A DNA stretch of 64,000 nt, taken from positions 34,348,001 through 34,412,000 of the forward strand of contig OX597818.1 of the NCBI GenBank assembly GCA_951406725.2, written 5' to 3'. The DNA comes from Octopus vulgaris. Taxonomy: Eukaryota. Below, piece after piece: positions 15,110-27,960 of the stretch (its first letter is position 1; the number at the start of each line of letters is the position of its first letter). A program made the translations under genes and the position numbers. The notes beneath the pieces are model-generated. The model worked only from the letters and a program-made list of their open reading frames with translations, had not been told where the DNA came from and searched no databases.

Positions 15110-15436
15110 GAGGGCGCGTGGTTTAGTGGTTAGGGCATTCGGCTCATGATCGTAAAGTTGTGAGTTCGATTCCCGGCGACGCGTTGTGTCCTTGAGCAAG
15201 ACACTTTATTTCACGTTGCTCCAGTCCACTCAGCTGGCAAAAATGAGTAATACCTGTACTTCAAAAAAGGGCCAGCCTTGTCACACTCTGTGTCACGCTG
15301 AATATCCTTGCAAACTACGTTAAGGGTACACGTGTCTGTGGAGTGCTCAGCCACTTGCACGTTAATTTTCATGAGCAAGCTGTTCCGTTGATCGAATCAG
15401 CTGGTACCCTCGTCGTCGTAACCGACGGAGTGCTCC
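15110..15436 (+). mobile_element. SINE family C; copies near 8703-, 10600-, 25433-, 46286-
   Basis: GGGCGCGTGGTTTAGTGGTTAGG...GAGTTCGATTCCC head, GTGTCCTTGAGCAAGACACTT core; embedded in (TATG)n. Confidence 0.9.
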
Positions 15437-16196
15437 TTTATGTATGTATGTATGTATGTATGTATGTATGTATGTATGTATGTATGTATGTATGTATGTC
15501 ATTATTCAGCTTTATTTCAAGATTTCTTGCTAATAGAGAAAGAGCCAGTTTCTAACCTAAACCCAAGACAACTTCATTGGAATTTCAACAACATCAGTCG
15601 GGTAGTTTTGTATGCATGTAAGTATGTATGTATGTATGTATGTATGTATGTATGTATGTATGTATGTATACGTGCAACTTTGTTTTGTTTTATGTGTGTC
15701 TTCGCATGCATATATTTGCATATCTAGATGTGTTCATACATACTTAAATGATAAACTTTTGGAAAGTTTTACAGATTTTTACAGTTCCAGTAATGGTTTA
15801 TATCTGTAGACTTCGAATCAGCTTTCTCCTTTCTGCTTTTGAGCACTTGTGACGTCGCAACTCATTTCTACAGCTGAGTGAACAGGAGCAACATGAAATA
15901 AAGTGTCTTGCTCAAGAACACAACACGCAGCCCGCTCGGGGATTCCAACTCACAACCTCACGAGTGATTTACAAGACAAGTTAAAATAATGGTTATTACA
16001 AACTATTCCTATATTGGAGTAAATTTGGCTTACAGCTGTTTCCAGTAGTCATTATAGGTATATTACTGCCTCAATTGATTAATAGACCAGTTGAGTAAAA
16101 ATATCTGTAACCTATAATGACTACTGGAAACAGGTGTAAGCCAAATTTACTCCAATAAAGGAATAATTTGTGATGAGCATTATTTTTTAACTTGTT

Positions 16197-16251
<55 letters not shown>

Positions 16252-16475
16252 ATCAATATAGGGTGGCAAAAAAAATTTTGTAGAATTCTTTTGCCACCAG
16301 CGGCCTAGTAGGAAAAAATTAAAATAGTCATAGACCATTTTTAAGTTCAACATCAACAATAAAGGAACGGCCATAATAGGCCATTCACCCACTAGAAATA
16401 ACAGCCAAAGCTTCAACCGCAAATAAAAGTTAATTCAGTAAACCAGGAGAAAATTTAAAAAACATTTACCCTGTA

Positions 16476-16582
16476 ATTTCTTATACGATATACCGTTTCA
16501 TCTGCTGATTAATGGTAAACTAACCTGATTAAATTAAATCAAGCTAATCTTCCACAGGCCCTCAGATTCTTCAGTAAGAAAT
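16476..16582 (-). ncRNA. mirror copy of the hammerhead ribozyme motif
   Basis: Reverse complement of 16730-16836 within the 16352-16960 palindrome. Confidence 0.78.
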
Positions 16583-16729
16583 AGCCCAAGACGGAACAGA
16601 TATTTTCACGAGGCATTTCCGACGTTGCCAAGTTTATATCTGACCTAAAATTTTCTGAAAATTTTAGGTCAGATATAAACTTGGCAACGTCGGAAATACC
16701 TCGTGAAAATATCTGTTCCGTCTTGGGCT

Positions 16730-16836
16730 ATTTCTTACTGAAGAATCTGAGGGCCTGTGGAAGATTAGCTTGATTTAATTTAATCAGGTTAGTTTACCAT
16801 TAATCAGCAGATGAAACGGTATATCGTATAAGAAAT
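16730..16836 (+). ncRNA. type I hammerhead ribozyme motif with long loop II
   Basis: ATTTCTTA-CTGAAGA-ATCTG...CAGAT-GAAA-CGGTATATCG-TA|TAAGAAAT: 8-bp stem I, 5-bp stem II, canonical core, GUA cleavage triplet at 16826-16828. Confidence 0.8.
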
Positions 16837-16956
16837 TACAGGGTAAATGTTTTTTAAATTTTCTCCTGGTTTACTGAATTAACTTTTATTTGCGGTTGAA
16901 GCTTTGGCTGTTATTTCTAGTGGGTGAATGGCCTATTATGGCCGTTCCTTTATTGT

Positions 16957-17073
<117 letters not shown>

Positions 17074-17091
17074 GAGGCGCAATGGCCTAGT

Positions 17092-17377
17092 GGTTAGGGC
17101 AGCGGACTCGCGGTCGCAGGATCGCGGTTTCGATTCCCAGGCCGGGCGTTGTGAGTGTTTATTGAGCGAAAACACCTAAAAGCTCCACGAGGCTCCGGCA
17201 GGGGGTGCTGATCCCTGCTGTACTCTTTCACCACTCTTTCTCTCATTCTTTCTTCTGTTGGCCTGCTCGCTTAGCCAGCGGGGTGGCGTCATTTGAAGGC
17301 TAAAACAATGCGAAGCGCATTGTGACCAGCGATGTGTAACAACATCTGATGGCCTGGTCGGTCACGGTGATCACGGT

Positions 17378-17380
<3 letters not shown>
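17092..17380 (+). mobile_element. SINE family D (tRNA-Arg-like head); related copies at 9120-9425, 30381-30680, 49655-49940(-)
   Basis: GGAGGCGCAATGGCCTAGTGGTTAGGGCAGCGGACTCGCGG...TTCGATTCCC; the 9120 and 30381 copies carry a different 3' tail. Confidence 0.85.
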
Positions 17381-17428
<48 letters not shown>

Positions 17429-17758
17429 GTGTGTGTGTGTAACGGGAGAGTGTGTCGGTGAGAGGGAGCCGTACTAAGTAGCACCACTACTCAGCTGCTA
17501 TTCATTTTCATTTGAGTAGACTACAGCCACGTAAAGTGAAGTGTATTGGTTAAAGACACAACCCACCGCCTGATCCAGGAATTGAACTTGCGTCATTATG
17601 ATCGTGAAACGGATGCCCTATCCTCAGGGTCACGCCTTTTCACACACGTTTGCTCGTACGCACGCACTAGTTTCGAACACATATGCACATTAGGACGTGA
17701 TGTAGAACGTGTTCGTATTTTAGCCTATGTATATTTGTGAATAATTTTCATGTCTACG

Positions 17759-17789
<31 letters not shown>

Positions 17790-18462
17790 ATATATATATA
17801 TATATATATATATATGTAGGTCCCGGGTTGAGTCGGGGTTAACCACAGTAAATAAGGTACTCAATACATAGCAGAGTAAAGTAATTTATTTTATAGAAGG
17901 AGCTTCTACAGGACTAGAAGGGCTGGAGTTCTAGACCTGTTGAAGCTCCTTCTATAAAATAAATTACTTTACTCTGCTTTGTATTGAGTTCTAGTCCTGT
18001 AGAAGCTCCTTCTATAAAATATATATATATATATATATATATTTGTATAAGTGTGTGCGTGTGCGTTAATATGTTCTTTGTCATCAGAACGGAACTAAAA
18101 CACATGTCTTAGTAAACGCCGAGTAAATATGCTAGCGTCACACGCAACCTGTACGGCTTTTGCAGCTGTCAAGTTCATATTTTGTATGCAAATCAGAACA
18201 CTCACAACCCGAATCTAATTTCCAATTCAATTTATCTTCAAACATAAATGAACGACGAATCTTTTGATAAGCTTTTACTCATTTCTTTCTTTATTCATTT
18301 ACTTTTTATTTTGGTCGACGTTTATTCTAAACCGGCGTCAGAAATAACTATGGCGTGTGAGATACAGAGTATTGGCAACAGATATAACGTTAATGAAAGT
18401 GCTTAAGTGCTTATATTAATTACATGCAAATTGACAGTAGACTGGCAGAATCAGTTCGACAT

Positions 18463-19474
18463 GAAGGCGGCGAGCCAGCAGAAACGTTAGCACGCCGGGC
18501 GAAATGCTTAGCAGTATTTCGTCTGCCGCTACGTTCTGAGTTCAAATTCCGCCGAGGTCGACTTTGCCTTTCATCCTTTCGGGGTCGATAAAGTAAGTAC
18601 CAGTTACGCACTAGGGTCGATGTAATCGACTTAATCCGTTTGTCTGTCCTTGTTTGTCCCTTCTGTGTTTAGCCCCTTGTGGGTAATAAAGAAATATGTA
18701 TTTCGTAGATGGCGGCGGGCTGGCAGAAACGTCAGCACGCCAGGCGAAATGTTTAGCAGTATTTCGTCTGCTGCTACGTTCTGAGTTCAAATTCCGCCGA
18801 GGTCGACTTTGCCTTTCATCCTTTCGGGGTCTATAATTTAAGTACCAGTTACGCACTGGGGTCGATGTAATCGACTTAATCTCTTTGTCTGTCCTTGTTT
18901 GTCCCCTCTATGTTCAGCCCCTTGTGGGCAATATATAAATAGGTATTTCGTCTGCCGTTACATTCTGAGTTCAAATTCTGCCGAGGCTGACTTTGCCTTT
19001 CATCCTTTCGTGGTCGATTAAATAAGTACCAGTTACGCACTGGAGTCGATATAATCGACTTAATCCGTTTGTCTGTCCTTGTTTATCTTCTCTGTGTTTA
19101 GCCCCTTGTGGGTAGTAAAGAAATAGTTATTTCGCCTGTCGTTATGTCCTGGATTCAAATTCCGCCTAGGTCGACTTTGCCTTTCATCCTTTCGAGGTCG
19201 ATAAATTAAGTACTAGTTACGCACTGGGGTCGATGTAATCGACTTAATCCGTTTGTCTGTCCTTGTTTGTTTCTTCTGTGTTTAGCCCCTTGTGGGCAAT
19301 AAAGAAATAGGTATTTCGTCTGCCATTACGTTCTGAGTTCAAATTCCGCCGAGGTCGACTTTGCCTTTCATCTTTTCGGGGTCGATAAATTAAGTACCAG
19401 TTACGAACTTAATCCGTCTGTCTGTCTTTGTTTGTCCCCTCTATGTTTAGCTCCTTGTGGACAATAAAGAAATA
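18463..19474 (+). mobile_element. head-to-tail array of tRNA-derived SINE family A
   Basis: Repeated GGTATTTCGTC...GCCTTTCATCCTTTCGGGGTCGAT...AATAAAGAAATA units; single 16-bp TSD AGAATCAGTTCGACAT. Confidence 0.9.
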
Positions 19475-20702
19475 AGAATCAGTTCGACATTGGGAGTCAT
19501 TTTACGCTCAAGAGTTCAAACTCCGCAAGGTCCGATTTCCCGTTTTATTCTGTTACGATTGATGAAACTGGTTAAAGTTGAATATCCGTTTCAAATTTTG
19601 ATGCAAGGCCATCAATTTCGCGGGGGAGGGGCTAAGTCGATTACATCGAATCCAGTGTTTAGCTGGTGCTTACTCATTTTATCGACCCCGAAAGGATGAA
19701 AGGCAAAGCTGACTTCAGTGGAATTTGAACTCAGAACGCAAAGGTATACAAAGTGTCGATAAGTATTTTGCCCAGCGTGCTAACGATTCTACCGGCTTGC
19801 CGACTTGTCCAAGTTGAATATTGACTTTTGTCAGGTGCTCTAGCGATTCTGCCAAACCACCATCCTGGCGACAACATATATAAATGATTTCAAATTTTGG
19901 CGGAGGGCCAGCGGATTTTTGTAGGAGAGGAAAGTCGATTGCATTGACCCCAATACTCGACGGAATTTGAACTCAGAATGTAAAGACGGACAAAATGTCG
20001 CTAAGCATTTTATCCGGTGTGCTAACGGCTCTGCCAGCTCGCTAGCTTTGGCGAGAATATAAAAATAGTTTAAAATATGGAACAGGGTCAACAATTTCGC
20101 GGTAAGTAATTGTTCAAACTGAAGTCCTTCTTGACCGACACATTTTTCCATTCGAGTCACTACAGAAACATAGATGCTATTTATGGAATTTTGATTTACT
20201 GTCGGGTGACGTTTTATTATATTGACTCCAGTGCTTGACTGGTATTTATTTTATCAATCTAGTAAGGATAAAAGGCAAAGACCTCGGCGGAGTTTGAACT
20301 CAGAACGTAAAGACGGTCGAAATAACGCTAAACATTTTATACGGTGAAGTAACGATTCTTATTTCTTTATTGCCCACAAGGGGCTACACACAGAAGGGAC
20401 AAACAAGGACAGACAAACGGATTAAGTGGATTACATCGACCCCAGTGCGTAACTGGTACTTAATTTATCGACCCTGAGAGGATGAAAGGCACAGTCAACC
20501 TCGACGGAATTTGAACTCAGAACGTAGCCACAGACGAAATACCGCTAAGCATTTCGTCCGGCGCGCTAACGTTTCTGCTAGCTCGCCGCCTTTGGTGAGA
20601 ATATGCAATTAAAAATGAATAATTAAATTTTTTGTATATTTTGCAGTTTTATTAAATATCTGGCCTCAACTGACAGATTTCTTTTCTTCGACTGTCTTGA
20701 AG

Positions 20703-20720
20703 ATGCGTAAAAGACAGAAG
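20703..20720 (+). CDS. SAM-domain protein gene, coding exon 1 (MRKRQK); reading frame also open upstream to an acceptor at 20646
   Basis: ATG at 20703 and strong donor AAG|GTAAGA at 20720/20721; phase 0 matches exon 2. Confidence 0.65.
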
Positions 20721-21296
20721 GTAAGAATATTTTCTTTCTAAATTATTTGTGGTCGATCTAAGGCGGTAAACAAGCAGAATCGTTTGCGCTTCACACAAAA
20801 TGCTTAGTGACATTTCTTCCAGCTCTTTGCTTTTCTGAGTTCAAATGCAATAAATACCACCGAGGTTGACTTTGCCTTTTACCCTTTTGGAGCAGATAAA
20901 TATATGCCAGTTCGAGTACTGGGGTGGATGTAGCCTCACCCTCGAAATAGCTGGCCTTGTTTATGCTGCTGATTTTATACCACTCGGGCGGTCTAATAGC
21001 GCAGCTCAGTCAATGTTGTTGGCTGCTTTTTAATTTGAGCTACAGTTTCGAATCTGCCCAGAGTTACCTCCCTTTGATATTTCCCATTGATGAAAGCTAA
21101 AGAGCTAGAAACACCGTGTCTGGGAATCCGATACTGGGCAAATATGTTGTTTTTACACCTCTTTACCATAAGAGAGAATTTTTCTCCACGGTAACTGCTG
21201 TGAATTTACCTTTAGAAGTTGAAATATCTCACAAACATATTCTAACTAACGTAAAGTTCGTTTATTCCTAATCCCTGCTTGGCGCTGATGCTGCTT

Positions 21297-21351
<55 letters not shown>

Positions 21352-21382
21352 TATGTATACATACACACACACATACACACAC

Positions 21383-21419
<37 letters not shown>

Positions 21420-21721
21420 CCTGACGTGCATCTACACGGTTTCTGTCAACCGAATTCACTAATTTACTCACAGGGCATTGGTCGGCCTGGGGCTATAGCA
21501 GAAGACACTTCTCTAAGATGCCGCGCAGTGGGCCTGAACCCGAAACCACGTGGCTGCAAAGGGATCGTCTTAACCACACGGTCATGTCTGCTTGATATAT
21601 AACGAAGAACATCTTTATTCTTCCTCAAACATGATGATTATTGTTGTTGTGGTGATTAAGTGTGAAAAAGGAAAGGAAATTGGTTTCATTACTAAGTACG
21701 TAATTTCTCTCTCTCATTAAG

Positions 21722-21851
21722 GTGGACGGTTACAGTCAACGAATAGAGGGTGATGGTCAAGTTGAAATCATTCCCCCGTCAATGTCATTCGATCCACAGA
21801 CTCCAGTCTCAACGCAGTATTCATTCCAAGTACCCAACAGAAACCAAAAAG
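21722..21851 (+). CDS. SAM-domain protein gene, exon 2 (VDGYSQRIEGDGQVEIIPPSMSFDPQTPVSTQYSFQVPNRNQK)
   Basis: Pyrimidine tract ctctctcattaag| acceptor, G|GTAAC donor; 130 nt, phase 0 to 1. Confidence 0.8.
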
Positions 21852-22529
21852 GTAACGACTGCAGATATATCTTGATTCTATTTGCGTGGCAAGCGTTGAG
21901 GAAAATATTATTAGCGACGAGCAATTTCGGTTTCTTGTGGAAGTCTATACATTTTTATTTGCACCGCGTATTTTTATAAAAAACACATAAACAATATCAT
22001 TACTTTTCTCTATGAATTTGTTTGGTCTTGCGCTTTATATGACAAAGTATTAAAGTTAAAGGGTAATGTTCTGAATTTGTCGGGCTTTCAGTGCATCATC
22101 GTTTGATTTACTTATCCAAATTAATGCCATTAGCTACTTTGATTTATTTCATTTAGCTCATTCTAGTTTTAATTAAGAAAGCATTGTTTACAGGTGAGTT
22201 GTTCGCCGGTGTATACGATTTTCTTCTGCTGAAATGAATCCCTGAAACCAAATCTCATACCTAAGAAATCATTATCAAAGTATTTTACGTTGTTTTGTTT
22301 TTTAATGTATGGATTGTTGCAGAAAATTCTTTGACTTCGACAAATAGACTCCTTGTCACAGTTTAGATTCTTCAATACCAACAGTTATGTTTCCAATGCT
22401 ATTGGTCATAACAAAATTAAGTCTCGAAAATCACGAGTTATTTTTTCCTCTATTCTGTTTTTAATTATATCCTCTAATTATCAATGTTTTATTAATTTAT
22501 TTTTTATTCATTTATTTATTTATTTTCAG

Positions 22530-22642
22530 CAATGAATTCATTCCCGAAGGAACACAGTCACTATGCGAATTATAAAGACAGTAAGACAATGTCGAAAGAA
22601 GGAAACACCTCTATGACTGAGTCGAAGCAGCTCAACGACATG
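22530..22642 (+). CDS. SAM-domain protein gene, exon 3 (AMNSFPKEHSHYANYKDSKTMSKEGNTSMTESKQLNDM)
   Basis: tattttcag| acceptor, ATG|GTAAAA donor; 113 nt, phase 1 to 0, open frame. Confidence 0.8.
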
Positions 22643-23162
22643 GTAAAAACGCATTTTATATAACATAAATTTTTCCTGAGGAATCAAGAAGCTTTGATGC
22701 GGTCATTCGCCTTGCTAGAAATAGCAAACAAGTTTCCTTCAAATTATATTTGGCTGTCTTTAGTAAGGAGGGATATTTTGTATAATGTAATCCCTGGATT
22801 ACAAAAAGACCAAAAAAGCCAGCTTGAATGCCATTGACCATAAAGTCTACTCGATGAGCGATGATCAAGAGCTAATCAATAGCAACGGCCAAAACGACAA
22901 ACCTTTTAATAATTATAAATGATTCAGTCTATCTATCTGTGAAATATGTTCGATAACATGACCGTGAGTGGGTACACATTGTCACTTCTGTTGAAAATAG
23001 GAGCAATGTATGATAAACAAGTGTTCCGTTATTTAGCAATATTAACTTCTTGCGTTTCCAGTAGACAAGTTCGGCCACTCCCGAGGGTCCACAAGAGCTT
23101 TTTCTGTGACTAGTAGAAAACAACAATAAAGGTTTTGGGGCTTCCGTAGTAGAAAATGTATA

Positions 23163-23199
<37 letters not shown>

Positions 23200-24479
23200 G
23201 TTGTTGTTGTTGTTGTGTGCATGCATATATAGGCGCAGTAAGGTCTCGAATAGTTAAGAAATTCGCATCTCAGCTACAAGGTCTCGGTTTCGATCTCACT
23301 GCATGGCTCTAGGACAGATGCCATTTTCTATAAACACGAGTTTACCCATACCTTAAAAGTGAAAGTGAGTAGACGGAAACTCTATGGAAGCTTGCCAGTC
23401 GGGTGGATTGTACTCATACTTCAAAAGGAAAAAAAAAGGATCAAAGTGACGTCACATGTGATGTCACTTTGATCCTTTATGATCTGAAATCCTACCGAAG
23501 TCAACCTTATATAAAATAAGTACTGATTGCGGGGATCGATATAATTGATTGCTGTTTCCTACTTATAAAATGAATAGGGTTCATCACCCGTTGGTTGATA
23601 CTTTTGGTAATTGTAAAAATCAAGTAATAGACCCCACTTCACTGAATGATGTTATTGATTAGCCTAGGTCAACCGTAATCGAGCAGGCCAGCGACGAAAG
23701 CCTTTCCAATCACGACCAACTCGTCCGACATTCAAACACAGTGTACATAGAACAACATTATGTAATGTGTTCTGTATGAAGCACCGTCGGGTGTAATATT
23801 GACTCCATTTATCTGCACTGGTGCGTGGATAAATAAATGATAATAGTAACAAATAATTAGCTGATGAATAATTGATATAATCATGAGGCGACTGCTGTAG
23901 CATGGAAAGTAAGCAACTATTTCTAGTATGTAAATAAATTATTTACGTTACATTTCTAATGTTCTATGTAAAAAGGAGCTAAACATCATGTCATTTATTT
24001 TCTTATCCGCAGTTTAAAACTAATTATTATACAACAATATAATATAATATATAATGATATAACATAACAATTTAATACAATATAACAATTTAATATAATG
24101 GTTTCAAATTTTGACACAAGGCCAGTAATTTTAGGTGAGGGTTTAAGTCAATTACGTTGACCCCAGTCTTCAGTCGGTACTTATTTTATCATTCCCGAAA
24201 TGACGAAAGGCAAAGCCGACCTTGGCGGAATTTGAATTAAAAACCTAAAGACCGAAGAAATGCCGCTGAGTATAATGCCCGGGGCTCTAACGATTCTGCC
24301 AGCTAACCGCCTTATAATAAGGCGATCACACGCTACACACCTTCCTTCCAAGCACTACTGTAAACAGCGGAAGTGAGCCAGAATGTTAAAACTTAGTGCG
24401 CATGCACAACAGAGTTTAAGGTCAATCTTTACTCAGCGGCTTCTCTCTGCGTGCTTTAGCTTTGTTATAATGGCAATAG

Positions 24480-25430
24480 TCTGGATACTTATTGATCAGA
24501 CCTCGTATTTTAGAAAATAGAGAAAAAAATCAACAAGATTATGGCAGAGAGATAACAGTTTACTCAAAGTAGTCGCACTCAGCTTCCACCACGGACTCAA
24601 GACGGCTCTGGAAGCTGGCGCATGCATTCCTCGCTGTGTCCCCAAGAAGATCTTCGAACACTTTGTCAACCTTGGCAACTAACTCGGCCTTGGTGTTGCG
24701 GGCAGAGCAGTTGGTGTCTTTTTCAACTGCACCCTACACATAGGAATCCATGAGATTACAATCGGGGAAATCAGGAAACCAAAAATTGAGACTGGTGAAG
24801 ACGTAACAATTTTTCCGACAACCACTTTGGACTCTTTCCGGAAGTATAGCAAGGTGCTGAATCCTGATGCCACACATATGACCTTCCAGCCAGGGTTTGA
24901 CCAGTCTCCATTAGCTTCACGTAGCCGTCTGAATCGAGCCTAAGACACTGTTCAAAGATGTGGGGCGACATGACGTCGGCCTTACTGGAGGCTCACCCAA
25001 AGACCATCAGAATTTGGTTTAACTTGGTTTTCATGAATGGTGAGGCATCATTTAAACTGTAGGCAAGACACTTGTTGTTCTGGATGTTGTGCAACTGGTC
25101 CTAGCAGAAGTACTTTTCATCCGAGAAGGACCAGATCATCCCCGGTTCAGTAAGATGCTTCAGGTTGTTCAGGAGCTTCCTTGCTTTTGTAAAGCAGTTC
25201 TCCTTGGCCTTTACTGTCAACATTTGTTCCTTACTCGTCTTGTAGAAGTAATAGCGAAGGTTCTCATTGAGGTCCAGCTTGATAGAGGCGACTCCAACAG
25301 ACATATCTCTCGCCAAAGCCCGAATTCCTTTGTTCGGATCTTCCATCACCTTGTCCTTCAGTTATTGGATGAACTCCGGCGTGCAGACGCAGTCAGAATG
25401 CCTGCTGAGTCCCGTCCTACTGGCCACGGC
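24480..25430 (-). mobile_element. decayed Tc1/mariner (IS630-Tc1-mariner, maT/DD37D-like) transposase
   Basis: HTH-like IRALARDMSV, WSFSDEKYF, YVWHQDSAPCYTS fragments. Confidence 0.8.
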
Positions 25431-26769
25431 TTCGAGATTCAGCGTGACACAGAGTGTGACAAGGCTGGACCTTTGAAATACAGGTACTACTCATTTTTGC
25501 CAACTGAGCAACGTGAAATAAATTGTCTTGCTCAAGGACACAACGCGCCGCCGGGAATTGAACTCCCGACCTTACGATCATGAGCCGAATACCCCTAACC
25601 ACTGATATAACCCTAACCCTAACCCTATAATATGATATGATATGATATGATATGATATATGATATGATATGATATGATATGATATATGATATATGATATG
25701 ATATGATATGATATGATATGATATGATATGATATGATATGATATGATATAATATAAACAATTTCTTTTACTGTATTGTTTTATATGCGTATTATTGTCAA
25801 CTTTTTATTAATTATGTCAATTGAAATTTAATATGAAATATATCCTAAATTTGAAAACATGCAGACAAGCTAAACTATAACAATAACATAGAAATAAACA
25901 TTAGTTGAGTTAGTATAAATATATTAAAGCAGAGATCATTAAACTTGTCAGCTTGCTAAGTTGTAACATGATTTATTCTTGGGACCACAGCATAGCGTCG
26001 GTTATACAGACGCGAAAACTCTACTTCGTAGACTATAACTTCCTTCTAATTTTCCTCGTTTCACCATCCTAACTGCTCTTTATTTGCCCACTTACACAAA
26101 AATAAAAAGGATCTCACCTTGGGATCTAATTTCACAGCGAGACAAAATATTAAAGATATATAATATGTGTTTATATGACAATTTGTCAACAAAAGCTAAA
26201 TATTCCTTTTATTATTATTTTTTTTCTCCACAGAGCAGCATATCGTTCGGGGAGGTAACTCCGTATAAGCATCGCCAGAGTTGTCCTATTTATCCATATG
26301 AAAGAAAACACAACAGCGTAGATAGAACAGCTGGAATGGAACACAGCAGAATGTATAGAGTACAACAGCAACAAAATGGTGAAAAGAATTTAAGATCCAA
26401 CTCGACGCCGGTAAGAAAATAAATTTTAATGTATAGACAAGTCATTGGTTTGTCTTGGTGATATTGAAATGGGGCTGAGGTGTCTGTGCAGCGAAGTTCG
26501 AATTTTTTAATCTTTTCTTTGGACGGCGGCCATACTGGGACATCGGCTTGAAAGGGTTTAGTCGAACTTATTTTTTAAGCCCTGTACTTTTCAATCTAGG
26601 GATCATGAAACTATCATCCTTCTCTTCTCCACATTCGCTAGGCCGTACTTGAATACTACTGCCCACTGTGGTCCCCCTTATAAAAAAAAAAAAACAAGAC
26701 ATAATGAGGATCGAAGTGCCACAAAGATCAATCACTAAAAAAATAAATGGCACGATGGAACTTGATTAT

Positions 26770-26897
26770 TGGGCTCAACTCAGTCACAGCTTCAAGATGG
26801 TATTTATACCATATGTCACCGGTTTCGATTTTATAATGCTGACATATTGTCCAGTGTAAATACTGGCCGATTCTGTCATGTCTTGCTTTAAATTCTA
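26770..26897 (-). mobile_element. R4/Dong-like non-LTR fragment
   Basis: FKARHDRIGQYLHWTICQHY..WYKYHLEAV, similar to 50485-50705; abuts long (TTA)n. Confidence 0.7.
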
Positions 26898-26900
26898 TTA

Positions 26901-26955
<55 letters not shown>

Positions 26956-26966
26956 CATTATTATTA

Positions 26967-27037
<71 letters not shown>

Positions 27038-27092
27038 TAGTTTTATTTTTTATAGCGTGCTTTCACTTCACTACCGAGCGCAGCTCTGTGTG

Positions 27093-27125
<33 letters not shown>

Positions 27126-27154
27126 CATTATTATTATCATTATTATTATTATTA

Positions 27155-27189
<35 letters not shown>

Positions 27190-27610
27190 GAAGCTGTGGG
27201 TTTGTAGAATCATTAAAGACAGAATAATGTGGCACAGCATGTTCACCGATTCTTTAGTTTCTGAGTCCAAATCTCGCAGTTTTGTTTTTCCTCTTTGCGA
27301 ACGCGATAAAATAAAGAAGTTAAATAATGGGGCCGATTTAATCAATTAACATCTCCCATTAAATGTAAGGCCTTGTGCCTATGTTAAAGGTCATAATTAT
27401 TACCATCAAGTTGTATGAAGAGGATGGTCTTTGGGAATGGGCCTACTCTGAGCATACGCCTGTAGGCCGGAGAGTTTGAGGTAGAGGGGTACCTGTCTTA
27501 GGTGCACTTAGCGGTCGAGGTAACCAGAATTTGTGGGGATCCATGGTCATCCCTGGGTGGATCTCCAGCATACCCACCTTTTGGGGAATTTTATTGTTTA
27601 AATTCCGTTG

Positions 27611-27960
27611 TTATTACCTCCGCCTTAATGAAAGCGTGGGTATTGTTTTCAGTCGTGTTTGCTTGTTTGTCCGTGGACAAGATATCTCAAGAACCGCTGG
27701 CTGGATTCGGATGAAACTTTCAGGGATGTTTGGGCTCGTGAGTGGGAAGAATTGATTAGATTTTTAGATCGATCCGGTACTGGACAAGGATTATGGATTA
27801 TTTTTTGGGGTTTTGTACTTAGTTTTTGAGAGCGATTGTGTTCATTTTTAGTATTCCCGTTTATAAGAGCAGCCGAATTTATTTCAGATATTCTCATTTT
27901 ATAAATCATCTCAGGCTAACCATTGAGAGGACGTTGGTGTTACCTTGTTATTGTTTTTAC
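27611..27960 (+). mobile_element. DINE-1/Helentron-associated (HINE)-like element
   Basis: TTATTACCTCCGCC start with subterminal hairpin, GTTT/GTCC microsatellite-like core, ...GATGAAACTTTCAGGG. Confidence 0.55.

Noticed and set aside
18463-19474. CRISPR-like periodicity in the tandem arrays and the 34-bp direct repeat at 59062-59132
   Set aside because: No unique spacers, no cas genes, eukaryotic context; these are SINE multimers and a simple tandem duplication.
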